Origin: Geosiphon pyriformis uo1
Taxonomy: Eukaryota; Fungi; Glomeromycota
Direction: 5' to 3'
Assembly: GCA_016748015.1 (NCBI GenBank)
Contig: JAAOMT010000414.1
Span: 23,208 to 87,207 of the forward strand
DNA: 64,000 bases
Of this stretch, positions 54,259 through 64,000 are shown piece by piece. Every line of letters starts with the position of its first letter. Within the stretch, counting starts at the first letter, position 1. The notes below the pieces were generated by a model. That model worked only from the letters and a program-made list of their open reading frames with translations, was not told the origin of the DNA and ran no database searches. A program made the translations under genes and the position numbers.

Positions 54259-54629
54259 ATAAGCTATAGTCCAATTATTGACTATTTTTACACACCTTAA
54301 TTATTGTGCATTATTTAATAAACAATTTACTTAAAATAATAAATTTTAAAAATTAAATAAAAAGTTTTATAAATTAAATAACTAATTTTTTACCACATTA
54401 AATAAAAAATAACTGTTCAATTATATAAAATTTAATTATATTTGTTATTAATTGCAATTATAAATACATTTTGAAAGCATATAAATACTGACTTTGGTCT
54501 TCTGTAACTTTTTTTTCTAATTACTAATATTAATATCACTTTAGCAACCATACCAAGTTACCAATATTAAAATTTATTATAAAACTATCCATTCACTGAC
54601 AAATTATAATTTGATATGATTAATGATCA

Positions 54630-60609
<5,980 letters not shown>

Positions 60610-61136
60610 TTAAAACTGGTTATAAATTAGTTGAAGCGCAAGAAGTTTTAGTAGAGCCAGAAAGCTTAAAACTTTCCCAGCAGCAAAAGGCCAAGACGCG
60701 TCATTTGTTATGAGGGATTACTGAAATTTCAATTTAAAATCACTCTTCATAATGAAATTCACATGATTCGATCAGACTCTCATGTAAATAGAAACAGAAA
60801 TGGCTTTGATAAAAGAGTTCCAAGTTGACATATACTCAAGACCTATTAACTGTGTCAAAATTATATATTTTGACCAATGTTACGATTTATTATAAAATTC
60901 TTGAATCGTGCCTTCTCACTGCCCAATGATCCGAATCCTTTACAAGATAATCGAGTATCAAAAGATTCCTTTGACTGGTGAAATCGAATATAAATATTTT
61001 TAGTAGATTAAATGAATCCCCTTGCGCAAGAAATGATAAAATCTTGGACGCGAAATTTGTCCATAATAAAAGAAATTATAACCAAAAATTTATATAGTAG
61101 ATCAATAATATATTATATACGAATAAATACATATCC

Positions 61137-63273
61137 TTAAGCGGATCCTGCTTTTAACTCTTCTAACTGGACTGTAAGCGCTCGAATAGTAACATCCCGT
61201 TGTGCAACTTGGTTTCGCAAGTCTTCATTTTCTTGGCGAAGTGAATGATAAGCTTCTTGATACTATCACAGTGCCAAGAAATCTTTAATTAAAATAGATT
61301 CTTTTCTTAACTTAAGGCAGATTATGAAAAATGGAAACAAACCTCTTTTTCTGTTCTGGGTAGCTGAACTTGATTTTCATCCTCCTTCGGAGCGGCAGAA
61401 ACAAATTCCTTCTTTTCTTTAGCTTGGAATCCGTTCTCTAGACTGATGGTTTTTGGATTAGCATTCTTGCCGGAAAAGAATTCATCGGCAGTGAGAGCTG
61501 GTTCATCACTCACAGTTGGAGGATAGATGTCAGATTGAAAAGCATCCGACTGAATTGAATCGTTCAGAAATATTAAGTGATGGGAAAACGCGAGTAACTT
61601 TTATTCAATACAAGAATAATAAAAATTTTACCCTCCGAGGCAAAACAAAAGAAATTGGCTCAATTAAGTTGCCAGTAACTTTATAAGCCCTTGCGATCTC
61701 GCATTCGGTAACATTCAATGATCTTTTTGGTAGAAATCCCAATCCACGTTGAGGCTCAGATGACTTATATTCCGAAAGGGAGAAGAGATCATCATTTTCA
61801 AATTCGTAATAACGTATATTACCATCTCTAAGGAATAAAAGTAATTGAAGGATTATTATAATTATGCTGATTTAAATTGATTATGTTTGTGTATGTGCTT
61901 ACCCCTATTAAAAATGATTATTTTATATTTTAGATGAAAGATGTTAGTCAAATCCGATGAATATTATTAAATCTACCAAAAAGAAGCAATTTGAAGCGTT
62001 TATACCTTTCCAGCCAAAAATAAAATTTTTGTATCATTATCATAAAATGGCATTACGATTCCTGAGGAAGTATCAAGCATAATATCCTTGATGGGTTTGC
62101 CCAAACTGTTCGAATCCCAGAGCCATACTTGTCGATCACTCATCTTAGAGAAACCGGTTGTCACTATCCGGTCACTATCACCGAGCCATACCACTCGGGT
62201 ACCTTTCACTCCTTGATGACTATCGGCCTGTATCGCTACCTTGTTTGATCTTACATCAAAAATTCTGAATTTTTTATCACGTGAAGTTGTGGCTAATAAA
62301 CTCCCGTTCCAGTTCCAAGAGATGGATTGAACAAAGTCCGTAAACCCGGTGAGCTCTAATTTTTCAACACCCTTTTCAATATCCCAGAGTTTAATCGTCA
62401 AATCAGCCGAAGTTGAAGCAAGAATATTATCGGCAGTAGGATGAAATAAAACGTGACCAACTTTCCTAGAGAATTCGGTTAGCACAATAAATTCAATGAA
62501 AAATAAAACCTTCCGGTACTCTAAAGACTAAAGCTTTACCTTCCGTGACCATTCAATTTAGCTACAGGTTGAATATCAGGAGTTTCGTTTTCAACATCAA
62601 GTTTATCAATAATGTCTTCAACAACATTCCAGATCATCACCTTGGTATCTTCTGATGCGGAAGCGATTAGATAATCATTAAAATTTGCGAAATCTGTGTC
62701 TAACACAGGGGCCGTATGCGCACGATAAAGCGGTAAGTTGTCAGGAACTTTTCCTAATTGTAATAATGTAGCACTATATTAACATTCACCGGTCTCTTGA
62801 AGGTTTGGAGCAAAGCAAAGATTTCGTACCAGCATTCTTATGGGGAATTACAGCAAAGGCACCCCCACCTCCAGAGTTCCAATTGATGGCGACAAATAAC
62901 TGAGTAATTTTTGACGTAGTTAATAAAAATATCTTATGATTCAATGATTGTTAAATCCACGAAATAGAGTGAAATTTTGTACCGGATTAACCTTCACTAG
63001 ATTGGTGTCCCAAGCATTTGCAGACACCTTGACGTTATCGAAACAGTTTTCATGTTTAGCTCCCGCCCCGAAAACATGTCTATCAGGACGAGAGCAAATT
63101 GGTAAAAATTATATAATCTGTGTTTGGTTGCAGCGAAATCTTTTTCTCAAGGCAACTATAGACAGTAGAGGACTTGACATTGACCGACAAAAACCCAAAA
63201 TTGGTTCCGAGACAAAAACCAAGTGAACGACTACTACAAACCTGAACTTGGAGGCGCGAACAAAGCGTGACAT
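61137..63273 (-). CDS. CRN1: Coronin (WD40 actin-binding protein with C-terminal coiled coil)
   Basis: MSRFVRASKFRHVFG...NAWDTNL...GGGGAFAVIP...GHGRKVGHVLFHPTADN...TTGFSKMSDRQ...LAGKGDGNIRYYE...PQRGLGFLPKR...EPISFVLPRRSDAFQSDIYPP; stop at 61139-61137. Confidence 0.97.
61903..61904 (-). other. 2-nt microexon (GG) in coronin
   Basis: Minus strand tttttaatAG|GG|GTAAGC; needed to give AAG|GG|A-GAT = K-G-D. Confidence 0.85.
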
Positions 63274-63542
63274 CTGAGGAACCTTGCTCTTTTTAGCTAG
63301 GAAAAACCCAAGTATCAAGTGATAAATTTAAACTTTGGGGGGTTACTAGTACCAAGACTGACTTTGGTAAAGTGACAGAGAGGATAAACCTACTTCTCAG
63401 TTGTTAGATTGAGATTGTAGATATCTCATCCAATAATATCTTGTATCTTGAGGTCACATGTCGCGCGCACAATACGCGTCTCGTCTCAAAACCATTTTCT
63501 TTCAAGCCTTGCTTTTTTCAACCCCCGACGTTTTATTCTTCA
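63274..63542. promoter_or_regulatory. Short divergent coronin/RFC2 intergenic region with CGCGCG and an MCB-like ACGCGT (63474-63479)
   Basis: Start codons lie ~270 bp apart, head to head; CpG-rich motifs about 65-80 bp upstream of the RFC2 ATG. Confidence 0.55.
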
Positions 63543-63930
63543 ATGAGTTTTTTTGCCTTAAGCGTCCCTTCTCGCTCTGCCTCGGCTAACCACCAGCAAG
63601 GTCCTCAGCCATGGATTGAAAAATAGTTAATTGTTTGGCAATTTCATTTCATGTTTTAGCAAAGTTATTCTATTTACTTCATCTTAGCTTGTCTTTATTT
63701 CAGCCGTCCAAGATCAATCGATGAAATTAGCGCACAAGAGCAGACTGTCGCTGTCTTGAAAAAAACTATCGAATCAAAAAATGTCAGTGGGAAATTTGGC
63801 AACCACTTCAAGTCTGAAATGTTTTGTTTAATGACACATTTTACATTTAGTTGCCTCATTTGTTGTTTTATGGGCCACCTGGAACTGGGAAAACGTCCAC
63901 AATATTAGCACTAGCAAGAGAACTTTATGG
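63543..63930 (+). CDS. RFC2: Replication factor C small subunit (yeast Rfc2 / human RFC4 type), first three exons (63543-63625, 63704-63782, 63851-63930); continues beyond the window
   Basis: MSFF...QPWIEKY|RPRSIDEISAQEQTVAVLKKTIESKN|LPHLLFYGPPGTGKTSTILALARELYG. Confidence 0.9.
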
Positions 63931-64000
63931 GTATTGACTTTTTTGATCATAGGATTCTCTTAAAATCCTGGTTGAATAAAACAATCTTTCTTTAAATCAA

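Overview
Eukaryotic, intron-rich, AT-rich fungal DNA. The gene and transposon style suggests an early-diverging fungus (Mucoromycota/Glomeromycotina); this is inference. Left (1-8.4 kb): 3' end of a class-3 lipase, a bounded but frameshifted Tc1 (DD34E) element, a hAT relic, a 4-exon TM/coiled-coil gene and a small PPPY tail-anchored gene. Middle (~8.4-54.5 kb): a gene-free transposon island of nearly pure-AT relics. It hosts five full-length but dead LINEs (ORF1 with zinc knuckle; ORF2 APE-RT-RNase H-zinc motif) and one ORF1-only element with TSD, poly(A) and the same structured 3' UTR (a HAL1-like non-autonomous partner). Right (54.6-64 kb): SMC3, coronin and the start of RFC2. Best candidates for undescribed biology: (1) the LINE/ORF1-only partnership sharing a 3' RNA structure; (2) nested insertion of LINEs into AT-decayed relics; (3) RIP-like C-to-T hypermutation beyond CpG; (4) a U12 AT-AC intron in SMC3; (5) an apparently obligatory 2-nt microexon in coronin. 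All alignments and splice models were made by eye.
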